In this document: positions 26,877 to 40,069 of the stretch, in pieces
Position numbering within the stretch: position 1 is the first letter of the stretch
How the letters are laid out: each line of letters begins with the position of its first letter
The notes under the pieces: generated by a model
The model's database searches: none
Seen by the model: the letters and a program-made list of their open reading frames with translations, nothing else
Told to the model about the DNA's origin: nothing
Assembly: GCA_965202585.1 (NCBI GenBank)
Contig: OZ241833.1
Coordinates: 29,078,001 to 29,142,000 of the forward strand
Reading direction: 5' to 3'
Length of the DNA stretch: 64,000 nucleotides
From: Thalia democratica
Lineage: Eukaryota
Position numbers and translations under genes: made by a program

Positions 26877-29800
26877 ATGACCAACAAAAGCCAGTTCATG
26901 TGCAAATCTGCAGTGATGCGCAAACCCGCCAACTCCCTCGCAAAAGAGGCCCTCCGCATGGAGTACTCCGAAGTAAGCATGGAAAAAGTCAACTTTCAGC
27001 ACAAACAGCTGCAAAACGCTTTGGAGTAAGTTTTAACTGAGGTTTTAGTTCTAAAAATTTTGTAGTTTAAAAAAAAATTGGAAACCTGAAATTTGAAAAA
27101 TTAGGTTGAAAAACCTGGAATTTGAGAAATTAAAAAAAACCTGGAAAAGCCTGGAATTTTAAAAAGCTTTTACATGTTAAGTAGAAAAATTTTGATTTGA
27201 CACTAAAAATTTACTGTATAGATAATTTTTTTTGTAATCATCAAAAGTTATTTTATTAAAAGCACATTTAAAGTAGCTTAACAGTATTTTTTCGATGTTT
27301 GTATACTACTTAACACAGTTTTTTACCTTTAACTTAACTTTAAACTAAAAATAGACCCAAAAATGTGTACTTTAAAAAACCTAGAGGAAATTTCTAACAC
27401 TTTAAAAAAATTTCCAAAAAACATTTGGCAACCCTGATAACCCTAATTTCGTTATGTAATTACAATGTAATCTACTTAAAAAAATGTTTATGAAGTGGAC
27501 TAAAATAAATTTAGCTATTGTGTTTTAGAAAATATTTACAACTCTATCAGTTGTGTTTTAAAATAAGCAAGTTTGAAAAGTTACTATTTTTTAATTGTGT
27601 GACAAAAAGCAACATTTTATAGAACAGATATGTTTAAAAAAAAATTTTTTTTTAATTTGTTTTTAAGTGTAAGCAACAAAGTTTCTAAATTTTAAACTTA
27701 AAAAGCGAAAAGCTGACATAAAGTCTGATTGAAAATTTCCTGTACAACTTTTTGCTCAAAAATTTTGACTAACTATAACAAAAGGTTTTACAAGTTTTTG
27801 TATGACTCAAAACCACTACAACCAAACTTTAAAAAACATGTTATTCTTTCAAAGTCAAACTTTCAAGTCATATTTAACTTTCAAGTCATATTAAAGCAGT
27901 TTTTTTACTAATTCAATAAAAGGCTTATATTTCAATGCCATTTAACAAAGTGATTTAGTTTACAGAATGTTTATTATTCTGCTTTTTGTTACATCAAGTC
28001 TACAAACTAAGTGTACTTTTTAACACTCGATACATGGTTCAAAAACTTGTACTACAATCAAACTTTTTCAAATTTATTTTTCAGAAGCTTGGGTTTGAAA
28101 GTGCACATGATCGATTCCGATGAGAGTCTTCCCGACTGCGTCTTCGTGGAGGACCCGGTCGTGGTGATGGGAAACAAGGCCCTTCTGACCACTACCGGCC
28201 ACATCAGCCGCAGAAAAGAGGTTTGGTTTAAAGATTGTAAATTTTTTACTAAAACGTTCATGAGACATTTCTTTTTAAGTGTGGTCAAAATATCGTTTGT
28301 TAAAGTCTTTAAGACATTTTAATCTAAACTGGCACGTACTAAATTCTATTAAATTACAGATTACAAAAATAAAATTATATTTTAATTTTTCTTAAAGTTT
28401 TTCGCTTCTTATTGCAAAAGAACTTTTCTATTTCATATTATTACCCTTCGAAAAACTTTAAAAACGCACAAGTTTGATTTAAACCTCTGTAAGTGATTGT
28501 TTAAGTAAGGCAAAATACCTTTTCAGAACTATGTAATGTACCTAACAAAAACATAACTATAACCCTAACTTAAACTTTTTATTTTTCATTCTATTGAAAA
28601 AATAACTTTGACACCAAACATCAGAAAGAAGCGATGAAAACTCAACTGGAAATGATCGAGGGAATGCAGGTGGCGGAAATGTCGGTGTTGAACGAAGAAG
28701 CCACTCTGGACGGGGAAGACGTGATGTGCTTCGGTAAATAAAATTAAAACAAATAAAGTTAAAGTAAATAAAAACAATGGTTGCGCAAATGCGCGTTATT
28801 TACTCACTTGGGGTTTTTAGATAAACATTTCGTTATTATTTATGCAATAGTTAACACGCAATGCGGTCAACAGTATTTTTTTGAAGTTTTATTACATACA
28901 CAATTAAAAAAAAAGCAAGTAAAATATCCAGCAGTTTCGCTCACAAGGCAAAAAATACCCAGCAGTCATAATATTATTGAAAATTAGACTTTTTATGTAA
29001 TTATATAATAACTTTAACGCTTATTTTTACAGTTATTATTTTACTTGTTTGCTGTCGACGGCTTCGAACGCACTTCAAGCAAAATCAACAAGTTCAAAAT
29101 ACAATTTTTGTTAACTTAAAATTTTTTTTTAATACTAAAGAAAAAGAAATATTCGTGGGGGTGAGCACGAGGACGAACCAGGCGGCGTTGGAGGTGATGA
29201 GGGGGTACTTCCCCGACCACAAGGTGCAAAGGGTGAAGGTGGGCGGGGAGCTGCACCTGAAGAGCTGCGTCACAATAGCGGGGAGGGACACGATACTGGC
29301 GAGCGTTGAAACGCAAGCAACCAGAGACATTTTGAAGGTTTGTTTGTTTGATTGTTGATTTTGTTGCAATCCGTTTTTTAATGTTTTATAGAAAATTGTA
29401 ACATGACCAGAGTTGGTAAAAGCTAACAGATTACATGCCAATTGAGCACTGAAACTTATAAACTCTTGTTTGTTTTTTGTTAATAATTTCACGCTTGAGT
29501 AAATATAGTACTGCTTTTTACCAAGCCTGAACATAACCATCCGGAACAATTTTACTTTAATTTGAAGTAGATCAAATTTTGTAAAAGTTATTGTTATTTT
29601 CAAGTTTAAAGTTTAAATGCCTTTTAGGATTTTTTAATTGCATGACTGTCAACTGCATTGTAAGCAACATTTTTAGATGGTTTTTGCATGACATACATTT
29701 AGATCATTTTATAATTTTCTTTCAATTTAATCAAAACACACGCAAAGCAAAACTTTAAATATTATCAAGCTATTAAGGTTTAAAAAGTAAAACTGTAGTA

Positions 29801-30688
29801 TTTGAAAAAAAAAGCAAAGAATTATAACATAAAAAATTTAAATTACTCAAGATATTTTTGAATATATAACAATTTCAATACTCACATGAATACGATTGCT
29901 AGACATGCATTTTTTTTTTGTTTATTTTTGTATGAATAAGTTAAATTTCAAGGTTACAATGTTATAAAAACAATATTTAGACATTGTTTACGCACTTGGG
30001 GTTTTTTAGGTAAACATTTCGTGATTAACATAACTCATTTATGCAATAGTCAACAGTAATGCGGTCAATAGTTTCTTTTTTGAAGTTTTATTAAATATGA
30101 AATTAAAAAAAAAAGCAAATGAAATATTACTTTTCACAGAAAACTAGTAATGTTCCTTTCACATTTTGGTCATTTATTTTTTAAACTGTTTTCAAAATGA
30201 AAATAATTAATCACAAAAGTATACTTAAAAACAGTTTGTTATCAAAATCAAGTTTAAAAGCAATATCATTGATAATAATCTTCATAAAAACTTTTATAAA
30301 TACTAAAAACAAATTCAGAACTTGAAACAAGTAGCAACAGAAAAGTATAACTATGTGGAACTTGATAGCCAGTCCACAAAAGCAAATGTGATTTACCTCG
30401 AAACTGAGCAGGGTTCGGTTATAATCCACAAACCCATGAAAACTAGCAATGAAATCGAGGTTCGTTCCTATTGGTTGTTTATTTTTTGTTAACATATTCT
30501 AACCTATTTTCAAAGCTGTTTTTTAAATAAATGCTTTTAACACTGTATGAGGGTAAAAGTAAATACTAAAAATCGCATTTCAGGCGCTCAACAAATTAAA
30601 AGCCGACAAGAAGATAGAAGTAAATACTGACGAACTGGCCAAAGTTGACGGGTGCTTGACATGCTGCTGCGTACTTATTTCAATATAA
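26877..30688 (+). CDS. DDAH1: N(G),N(G)-dimethylarginine dimethylaminohydrolase, 6 exons, ~278 aa
   Basis: Exons 26877-27025, 28085-28220, 28625-28733, 29141-29337, 30319-30459, 30584-30688, all GT-AG and phase-consistent. Motifs DESLPDCVFVED, SRRKE, ATLDGEDV, IFVGVSTRTN, LHLKS (catalytic His), ANVIYL, ELAKVDGCLTCC (catalytic Cys). AATAAA near 30817. The DDAH1 label (vs DDAH2) reflects the retained catalytic Cys. Confidence 0.95.
27050..27436. mobile_element. MITE of the CAGGGTTG/TGGCAACCCTG family in DDAH intron 1
   Basis: Ends in TTTGGCAACCCTG; repeated aaacctggaattt motifs; inverted homology to 4599-4977. Left end degraded. Confidence 0.6.
28800..30130 (+). repeat. ~140-bp direct repeat present in DDAH introns 3 (~28800-28930) and 4 (~29987-30130)
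   Basis: Shared cacttggggtttttag(a/g)taaacatttcgt...tatgcaatagt...aatgcggtcaa...ttttgaagttttatta...attaaaaaaaaagcaa. Confidence 0.7.
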
Positions 30689-31169
30689 ATTGTTTAAACT
30701 AAATTCCTTTCCTGGACAAGACATTAAAAGGTATCCGTGGTGTGCCACTCCAAAACCGTAAGGTTCTTTGTGCACCAGATTTAGGACCAAATATTTTGAG
30801 CTTTTTTCTATCATTCAATAAATTGTAGTGTTTGCTTTTTTTTTTGTATGATTGAATCCAACGTATAATTAACAAGTTCAATATATTAAAACTTGATCAT
30901 AGTTTTTATTATAAATAACATTCTTATTTTAGAAAAATAAGAATGTTATTTTTAATAAATACTATTATACGTTTTTATCCCATCTGCTGTGTTTAGCAGG
31001 CTCTACGTAATTTATTTTGAAATTGTAGCCTAGAGGCTACGCGTGGGGAGGGGCATTGAAGCAGTTGCTACACCCAAATAAATTCAAAGAAAAAAACCTG
31101 TTCTAACGTTTTAGCTGTCTTTTAAAAGTTGCCTTTATATAAGAATCCAATTAAGAACAGAATTTCCTA

Positions 31170-31402
31170 TACTTTTTTTCATAAGACCCCCTTCAAAGAA
31201 ATAAAGTAAAGCTATGGCCGCCTTCGAAAGAAATTTTCCAAAAAGCTTCCTTTAACTACACCTAGAACCTTTGTTTTGTATTCACCATCAACTCCAGGAT
31301 ATCTAGTGTAAGTTTCAAATTATGGCTTCATGGCAACTTCCTTTGGCCCTTTTGCTGCTTATGACTCCCAAGGGGCCATATGATACTCTTTGAGAAACCC
31401 TG
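31170..31402. mobile_element. Degenerate partial copy of the Buster-like hAT MITE
   Basis: atatctagtgtaagtttcaa..tatggc..catggc...tttgagaaaccctg aligns by eye with the right half of 48360-48747. Confidence 0.55.
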
Positions 31403-32524
31403 ATTTAAAATATGACCATTTTGCTCAAAAATCGAGCGCGTCTTTGTTAAATTTTGTGAATTTTAGTAGAAATGAAAAACTCAAATGCAAAATTGTTATA
31501 AGAATTTGAGCATAGAGTTAGATTGGCCCATTGAAATTACCCTATAACCGAACAAGTTTGAGTAACTATCTATACTACACACAAGCTAGTGTGAACAAAA
31601 AAATAATAAAAAGGGACATAACTAATTATATTCATTGTGTGAAAAAATCAGTAAAATTTCGCATCCATGTAAACCTTTAAAAAAGATAGTTTTTCTTAAT
31701 GTTAAACCAAAAGAATACACATTTATGAGAACAAAAAGCTAATGACTTAAAAGAAGTTTTAAAGTATATCAAATTAATACTATTTTTTTTTACTAATGAG
31801 TATTCTTCTTATTACTTTTTTAATTTGTTTATCCGACATGATCATATCATATTTTTTTTATATGAATTATATTTAGAAAATCTCCCTTAAAGTAATTGAA
31901 ATATGAATAAAATAATTTAAAAGTTGTTATTTATACTTTTCACTTGATCGTTATATTGGTTTTAATTAAGTATTGTTCCATAGGGCCAGGGGTGTATTTA
32001 GAGTTTTTCGCGTGGGTTGGAACGCTGGAGCTGTAGCTCCACCTAAAAAATTAAAAATTGAGCTGAGTTTTTATTTTTAGTTTAGAGTTTAAGCCTTTTT
32101 AAATACGCATCTTTAAATGGGCTCCTGCTTCAGCAGTACAACCCCAAACTGCGTCAAAGTAAGTTTATCTTGAAGTTTAGGAGTTGAGCTATAAAATTAT
32201 GTAAAAGTTTTTATATAAGCTTTAAAAATAAGAAAGTTATGTTATCATGAAGTTGTACAAAAAATACAGCCAAATGTGTACATGAACGTCTTTAATTTCC
32301 CTGCCAAATCAGTTTTTTTTCAAATTTTTATATATAATGTTCAAAGTGTTCGTAAAATTAGAGCTGCAAGCTCAATCTTTGTCAGCTGCATCTTAAATGT
32401 ATACAAGTTTTCAATACAAAAAATGTTGAAAAGTTGAATTTTGGAGCTGCATGAAATTTCTGCACAATGTGAATTAATTATGATCGTTTAAAATTACTAC
32501 AACGCGAGAACAATAATACAAGTT

Positions 32525-32662
32525 GAACTCGAGCAGAAGAAACTTAAGGAGGGAATACTCAAGCAGGGGCAACTCGAGCAGGGGCAACTCGAGTAGGAAA
32601 AACTCGAACAGAAAAAACTCGAGCAGGGGCAACTCGAGCATGGAAAACTCAAGTAGGGGAAA
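32525..32662. repeat. 15-bp minisatellite (AACTCGAGCAGGGGC consensus), about 9 degenerate units
   Basis: Visible tandem units aactcgagcaggggc / aactcgagtaggaaa / aactcgaacagaaaa. Confidence 0.8.
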
Positions 32663-33649
32663 CCTATTTTTTTCAAATTTACTTGCATGTTTTTTTTTTG
32701 TTTTTAACATTAGTTAGACAAGTCATAAAACAAGGTTTGTAAATTTATAATTAGACAAATACAGAAACTTACATGGACATAAGTAAAAATCAACGTAGCT
32801 GTAGTTGTTAGGAAAGGGTGATGATATACAAAGGTATGAGATATGTGTGTCTTTTTTGGAATTATTTTATTTCATTTTTTATTAAATTTTCAACCAAATA
32901 GGCTATATTGTTATGTTTATGTCTTAACTACGTTGTCTCCAGTAACTTATTTAACTGACTGCTCTACTTACGAGTAGCTACAGTAATAAAGTTACAAAAC
33001 TTATTCCTAAGTTATGAATAAAACACACTTTGAATAAATGCAATTTACTTTATTGTCAATAATGATTCTTAGTTCTGAAGAAAGAAACTATTAAATCACG
33101 ACACAAACAAAATCTATAAAAAGTATTAACAATCGTATGGTTATATAAAACACTAACATCAACTCCGCGATGTAGACGTTTTCTTGATTCTCGAAACTAG
33201 TTAATGAAAGGTTGAATTTAATCGTAACTTGATGTGCGGAATAACTAGTTAACTCACCCGTATTTGAAAGACAAACGCAAATGTATACGCATTGAATTGA
33301 AATTAACTCCTTTAAATAAACAATGTTGTTTTGGAAATTGGGAATACTGTTTTACGAAAGCTTATCGAATGTTTTTGTTGTTACAAACACTTCCGAATTT
33401 ACTCAAACGCTTTAGAATTATAAAATGAATTATCAGTTTCATTACACGCACTTGTTTTATATATGTATAAAAACTATGGAACGCGCATTGATATCTCTCA
33501 ATTTTCAAAATACAACAAGCTCTCCATTTGTTTTTGCCAATCTTTTGTTTTCCGCGCTCAGCTTGTTGTGAACGCGGTGTCAGCTCAAAACAACAATTAT
33601 TTGTGCAAGGCGTTTCAACAGCAAAAAAGGACTGACCATTGACTGCAAA

Positions 33650-34650
33650 GAAAACTGAAAGCTATTGAACTTTAAGAGCATGTTTATGATGTGTCGACGA
33701 GACGATAAAAATTCGCTTCTCTTGTTTAAACAGCCATCTAGTTTTGAATCATAAACAACGGCAGTTGATTCTTTTATGCACAGCCTGCAAACAGGGTTAT
33801 TACCCTTGGCTGTAGGATGTGCTCTTTTTATCACCTCCCAAGTTATTCTAAAATGTTCTTACGCTTTTAGCTGCAAACTCCAAAAGAGAGAAATTTCATT
33901 TTCCACTCGCCGTCTTTAAAAGTTTTTTAATAGTCAGCACATCTTAACTAAGTTGAGTTGAGCATAAGCCGATGCAGATCTTCTTCTCAGGGTTTGCTGT
34001 TGCCTTGTGCATGATGTTTTCCGAACGACAAACCCCCCTATCAAATTATACTTGCAGCCACCAACGTAGTTTCATTGACTTTGATCATCTTTGTTAAACA
34101 TTATAACGTGACTTGATTAATTTGTGCAAAGTAGCCGTGCACGAGCAGCTAATTTGCATATTATGTCTGTTGAAAATTTTCCGTAACGGATTGTTTTAAT
34201 TAAAATGTTTTTTTACTAAATCTGTAAATTTTCTTCCAATATTTGTTTTAAGCGAACTACAAACAGTGTAATTATGCCAAACTGCATTTTGCTGTGGTTT
34301 TACTTTATTTGAAAAACAATTACCTTTTTGTTTAAGTTTGAGCTTTTTTGAAATTAGTAACTTTAACTATACTAATTGTTTCTAGAATTGAGAGGTGGTA
34401 AGTTTTTTTAGCTCTGGATAGAACTCAAATATTTTATCCACACAACTTAAAATTTCGTGAACAGATTGATGTTTTATCTTAGATTTTGCCTCACCATCAA
34501 ATTTACCAAGTTTTTTATTGCATGCTGTTTTGGCACGAATTAAGTCGTTCAGCTGCACAATCTAATTTTTCTTACATTTTTATCATATAACTTGTTAACC
34601 TGTACATTGTTGCTTACTTTATGGAAAATTGTGAATTTCGAGCTTGTTGG
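33650..34650 (-). mobile_element. Decayed Penelope-like retroelement (end of RT, linker, GIY-YIG endonuclease)
   Basis: Minus-strand fragments LKTNIGRKFTDLVKKHFN*NNPLRKIFNRHNMQISCSC, ENIMHKATANPEKKICIGL and WEVIKRAHPTAKGNNPVCRLCIKE...CLNKRSEFLSSRRH match the PLE pattern TNIGKKFL...HPLxKIFNR...SYSC...YIG...CNLC...LNKRSELxSxCRH. Many stops and frameshifts. Confidence 0.8.
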
Positions 34651-34750
34651 CCTTGTCGTTTTGAACACTTTTTAACACAAATTTTTCTGAAACCAAACGA
34701 CTTTTTTTTTTCTGTTTAAACATGTGTGTTGTTCAAAATACGCTAGATAG

Positions 34751-35008
34751 GTTTATTTAAATCACATCAAGTCGTTTAACAAAGAGTTCGGCAAACCTTG
34801 GCCAGAAAAGCATAAGTCTCGTGCACCGCGAGGTAGTAACATAAGTTTTTAAAACATTAAAAAAAAAGCTTTAAAAGAATAACTTACGTTTAGTTTTAGA
34901 TGCTCTTAATTTGATATTAAGTAATTATTAATGCTTTGTTATCGCTCATTTAATTTTTCGTTTAAAACACACAATTTTCTTACAGATGACTACAAAGATT
35001 TTAAATAA
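34751..35008 (+). other. Possible terminal two exons of a small unknown gene
   Basis: gatag|34751-34832|gtagta and ttacag|34986-35008 splice in phase to VYLNHIKSFNKEFGKPWPEKHKSRAPRDDYKDFK*. No start or homology recognised. Confidence 0.2.
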
Positions 35009-35821
35009 ACTCAGCCCATGGAAGTCTTTACTTCATAGAACGCGGCCCGCATTTTCGGTAAAGTCGGTCCGCCACTTACAAAAAGCTGCCGAATTCCGAC
35101 TAAGAAATAAAAAAATCATTTTATCGTATAAGAAAGATTTCAAATAAAAAAACATTTGAACTTTGATACCTCTTTAAAACCTGAAACAGTTATTTTTGTT
35201 TTAAAATCCATTTTGAACATAATAATAAAAAAAAAAAGAAAAAGCTGATAAAAAGTTCAAAAAAAAAAAAATCTTTTTGAATTTAAACACACTCGAAGAG
35301 CGAACCGAATATGGCTCGCTAGGCAAATTTGTCTATGCAAATTTTATTTTTAGTTTAAAAAACTTTTAAAAATCAAAGGGTAAGAATACTTAGTTTTAAG
35401 AAAGTCTTTAAAGAGGGTAAAGGCCAAACTTTGAATTTGATAATGATAATTTTGTTATAAATTCGTAGTTGAACAAATATAAGTTTAATATAAGTATAAT
35501 ATAAGTTTACGAAAAAACAAATACCCGCGAAAGGCTTTGTCTGTAAAATTCAGCCCGCTATACAAAAAGCATCTGCTTAAACATGATTAATAAATATATG
35601 CTTTTTTACTACTAACTTTGATAATATCTTTAGTCTTTTAATTGTTTAAATTTTACATACTGTAATCATTACATTAGTTTATAGTAAAAAAAAAAAATTG
35701 TTAAATTGTTTTATTAGCGTTGATATTGATTTAATTTAATTCCAGTGGTTATACGTTAGCTTAGCTTCATCTTTTTATTACACACATGGATTACAGAAAT
35801 ATATTACAGAGTGCTCCTTTT

Positions 35822-38800
35822 TTAAAACAGCTGACTTTCGTTCAGCCTCCTCCCAAAACCTTTCTTAATGCTCCTTCTTTTGGGAATTCCCCTGCTTCTC
35901 CTGGGAATACTCCGGATATTTCCTTCATCCCTAGCGTCATTCCTCATCTGCCGGTAGCCTCTTTCATCTTCCGCCTTCTCCAGGTTTCGGAAACGGGAGT
36001 TTTCGGTCGAGCGCGGGAACCTGATGCCTTTTTCGTCTTTCGCTATTCTTGGGTCTCTCCTGAAAGCAGGTCCTTTTCTTTTGCTCGAGAATCTTCCACC
36101 TTTAATCAATATTTAAAATTTGTGCCGGTATAAAACGTAAATCTGCATGTGCAAGTAGATTTAATATTTTATGACATAAAGATTCAAATAAAAGATGTAC
36201 AAAAACAAATGTTTTTCAAATTTTAAAATATAAAGCATCTTCTATATTTACCGTCGTTTTGGTTTTCAAAGTCTTCGTTATCCCATTCCGGCATCAAGTT
36301 ATCTTCAAAGCGATCTTGGCTTTTACCGGCTGAAAACCTGGGTCGATTGAAATCTTTTACATTGAGTTTTTTCTGAGCGTCAAATTTGTTAGCAGTGCGC
36401 CAATCGTCACCATCAAACGAAGATTCAGTTTTCCCGCGCAAAGATCGCAAACGTTTTCCGAATCTAGGGCGGTCCCGGTTTTGATCATACTTTTGGTCCA
36501 AATGACGCTTTTCGTCATTTTTCTTCTTCTGTTTGGTGCCGTCCCAAATGAAATCTTTGTCAACGCCCCTCGGATAAATGTACTCATCTTCTACAATCTT
36601 TTTTGGTTGTTTGGTTCCGTCCCAATTAAAATACGGTTCAAAACCATCAAGGGGATTATAACTGGGCAAAATTCGCTTATTTTTTTCGAACGTGGGGCGG
36701 CCCCGGTTTGGATAGTACTTTCGAGGACGTTTTTTGTCAATGTTCGTTTTTGGTACGAGGTAATCCCCAAAAAAATCAGAGTCCACATCATCATACACCA
36801 GACCAGAATCATCTGCATTCCGGCTGAAGTCCTCCTCATACCACTTTTTCTTTCGGATTTGATCCTTTTTAGGTCTTTTGTTTGGAAGTTGGAAGCTTTC
36901 TAAAGGTAGATCATCATACGGATGATCAGAATCATAAACATGACCTTCAAACTCGTATTTCGAAGGTCTGTTGCTGGAGATTTTTGGAGATCGTATAGCA
37001 GCAAGACGTTTCTCAATCCAATCATCCTGATCATTTTCTGCTGGTTTCTTACCATACGGATGATCAGAATCATAAACAAATCCCTTGAGCTGGTCTTTTT
37101 CACGTATGTTGATGGGATTTTTAGGAAATTTTCTGACAAGAGGTTTTTTAACGGGGTCTTTCGGAAACCTATAAGGAGGACGGTCGGTGAGATTTTTTGG
37201 AATTTTACCAAAAGGTGGTTTGTTGTTAGAGGTTTTCGGAGATCGTCTAGCAGCAAGACGTTTCTCAATCAAATCTTTTAGTTTTAAATCTGCAGGTTTG
37301 TTACCATACGGATTATCAGAATCATAAACATATCCTTCGAGCTGGTCTATATTACGTATGTTGATGGGATCTTCCGGAAATCTACTGACAAGAGGTTTTT
37401 TAACGGGGTCTTTCGGAAACCGGTAAGCAGGACGTTTTTTGATGTTTATTGGAATTTTACGAAAAGGTGGTTTGTTGTTGGGCTTTTTGTTAGACGGTTT
37501 CCACCCAACACGGGTTCTATCATTGACATCCCGTAGATTTTCACCCGTAGGTTTTTTGTTGACAGGATATTCGGGTTCGCCGTATTCGTGCTCCCCTTTC
37601 GGTTGCCTGGTAAACCTGGGACTTGGGTTTTTCGAGTAAGACCTGCCTTCGACGGGATTTCCGTCGATGGGGTAATGGTACTTGTCGTTCGGGTCGGCGG
37701 TGACAGGCTTGTACTTATTTTTTTCACCGCCGTCCCAAACAAAGTCTTTGTTCCTCGGGTACATGTTTTCATCAAACACACTCCTCTTTGGTTTGTTGTC
37801 AACATACGGAACCTCACTGGGATGCACTTTGATGAGATTACCGGGAAGTATCTCCCACCTGGGCAGCGGGGGCAGCTCTTCCCACGGATTTTTCTTCGGG
37901 CCGTTCGCAGGTTTGTCGTTGGGATTCCATGGCCTACCTACGGGAGGTACTTTAACGTAATCTCGATCACTTGGGAACCCTACAACTTCAGGATTTACAA
38001 GGGCAGGGAAATGGTTTTTGTACTGGAGGTCTGTCAATGGCGGGAAATGGCTTTTGTACTGGAGGTCTGTCAGAGGCAGGAAATCTGGGTACGTCGTTGG
38101 CGGGAAATTGTCGGCCTGCAGGAGGTTTGCCGATCGGAGGAAACCGAGGTTTCTGATTGGGTTTTGTAACAGGCATCGGCTCTCCAATTGGCCATAACTT
38201 CGGAGGGTTTTTGGGTCTGGGTTTTTTTGGTCTGCCTGCTGGAGGATTGCCAAATGGAGGGTTGTTTGGACCTGTCGGTTTCAAACTTGGGTCTGTTCCA
38301 GGGCTAGGCATTAAGCGAGGTCGTCTACAAAAAAATATCAGGTCTACTTTCCGGTAACTTTTTAAATGATGTACAAAATCATAATAAACTATATCGCAAC
38401 ATATTATGTGAAACTAAAAATGCATAATAAAAAACAGTTTTCAAATTCAAATTTCAAAGAATTAATCAATTCAAATCCTTTAATTGATTAACTCTGTTAC
38501 TCATTGAAAATACAGCGTTCAAACTTAAAACAAGGTAAAAAAAAGTCTGCTAAAAATGGAAGGTTTTTAATCTATTCAAACTTAAGCAGGTGTAGTTAAA
38601 TTTAGAAGTTAGACTGAAATAAAAATATCAACTAACGGTGTCGGAGTATTGATTATTGTACGCGGGAGAGGTCTCGGATTAAACCGAGGGTTCCTACAAA
38701 ACATTTTTTATTTACATTTCATAAAAAAATATTTGACCTTAACAGGTGTGCTTTAAACAAATAAACTAATAAGCTGTGGTTTGATAAAAAAATACTTAAA

Positions 38801-39155
38801 TTTTTTTTTTTCAAAAAACAGTGTTTTTATTAAATTAAAGTAGAAAAACTCGTTTAAGATGTGGTGCTTTAGTTAAATTAATACAATAAGATGTAAATAA
38901 ATCAAAATTTAACCTAAAAAAGAAGCAAGTCAGTGGTGAGAAGCAAAAAAAAAAAACAAATCAAAATAAAACAACCAACCAACGGTTTAACGTAATTGGT
39001 TCCGATTGACGCGTACATACCGTACGTTCCGTACATGAGCAGGAGGACCGCTCCCACGAACGATCCGATCCTCAGTGGGCTGAAAACGAGGTCCTCTTCG
39101 TCGTCTTCGTAGTCGAGCTCCGTCTGCGCCTGGCCGTTCCTCCTCGGACTGGAGC
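35822..39155 (-). pseudogene. Array copy 5 (terminal): near-identical 5' half, divergent 3' half, one +1 frameshift
   Basis: Exon A remnant 38984-39155, exon B 36252-38324 with an extra base at ~38005-38010, exon C 35822-36099 (same 278-nt length as copies 1-3; 55/92 aa identical to copy 1 by hand count). Own AATAAA at 35774-35779. It may be intact if the frameshift is an error. Confidence 0.55.
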
Positions 39156-40069
39156 GTTGTTCAGAATAACGTATAACAAACAAAAATGTATAATCGGTAG
39201 TTAAGTTGTAGAACAAATTTTTCTTAAAACCATAACTTAGGCCTATTGACTTGTTTTAAACTTTTTATAAATGCAAATAAATACTTATAACATTAGATTG
39301 GTTTAGAACAAGACAAGCTAAGTAAGCAAACAGGAAAAGAAATATACAAAATTTGTTGGCTACAATAGCTTCCTTGCTAAAAAATTAATAAAATACTAGC
39401 ACTGAGATGTTTCTTACTTTTACGTTAACGGTAATTGAGTTACTTATTTAACTGCGCAACATTTATAAATAGATTTTATAAAAGACCGTGCAAATGAACT
39501 TATATATATATATATATATATGTTTTAACGTCCTGTACAAGATGTTAAAAAGTATCCATGGTGTGCGACTCGATAACTGAAAGGTTTTTCGTGCTTCAGG
39601 TCCTAGGACTAACTTTTTTGAGCGATTTTTTTGTCTTTCCATAAACTATATATATATGTATATGCATATACAAGAAATACTAAATTAATAAACTAAAAAT
39701 ATTTGAAATACAAAAACAACCTAGTTTGGTTAAATTATTTTATAATCGTTGATATAGGTTTAATATTCTTTTTTTTTTTTACTGGTAAAATATTTTAATT
39801 TAAGTTCACTACAAGAATTTCCTTACTAGAAAAAATAAATACAAAACTAGATGAGAAGTTTACAATTTTTATTCCAACAGTAATTTTGTTATTAACTTTG
39901 CTAGGTAACATTTTTAAAGCTATCATATCAAAGACTTTGAAATTGTACCTACTAATTATTATTTTACATGGTATGAAACAAATAAAAACAAACAAGTTTT
40001 GTTAAGTTATTTTATTATTATTTTATTAATATTTATACTTACTTTACGCATTTTTACTGCTCATATACT

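Noticed and set aside
33060-33210. Hammerhead ribozyme next to the Penelope relic (ctgaaga..gaaac; cttgattctcgaaac)
   Set aside because: The core is incomplete and no convincing helices could be paired.
36060-36100. Suspected frameshift between exon C of copy 5 and copies 1-4
   Set aside because: On recount both read through in the same frame from the phase-1 acceptor (GGRFSSKRKGPAFRR vs GGSYPSKKKRSSFR).
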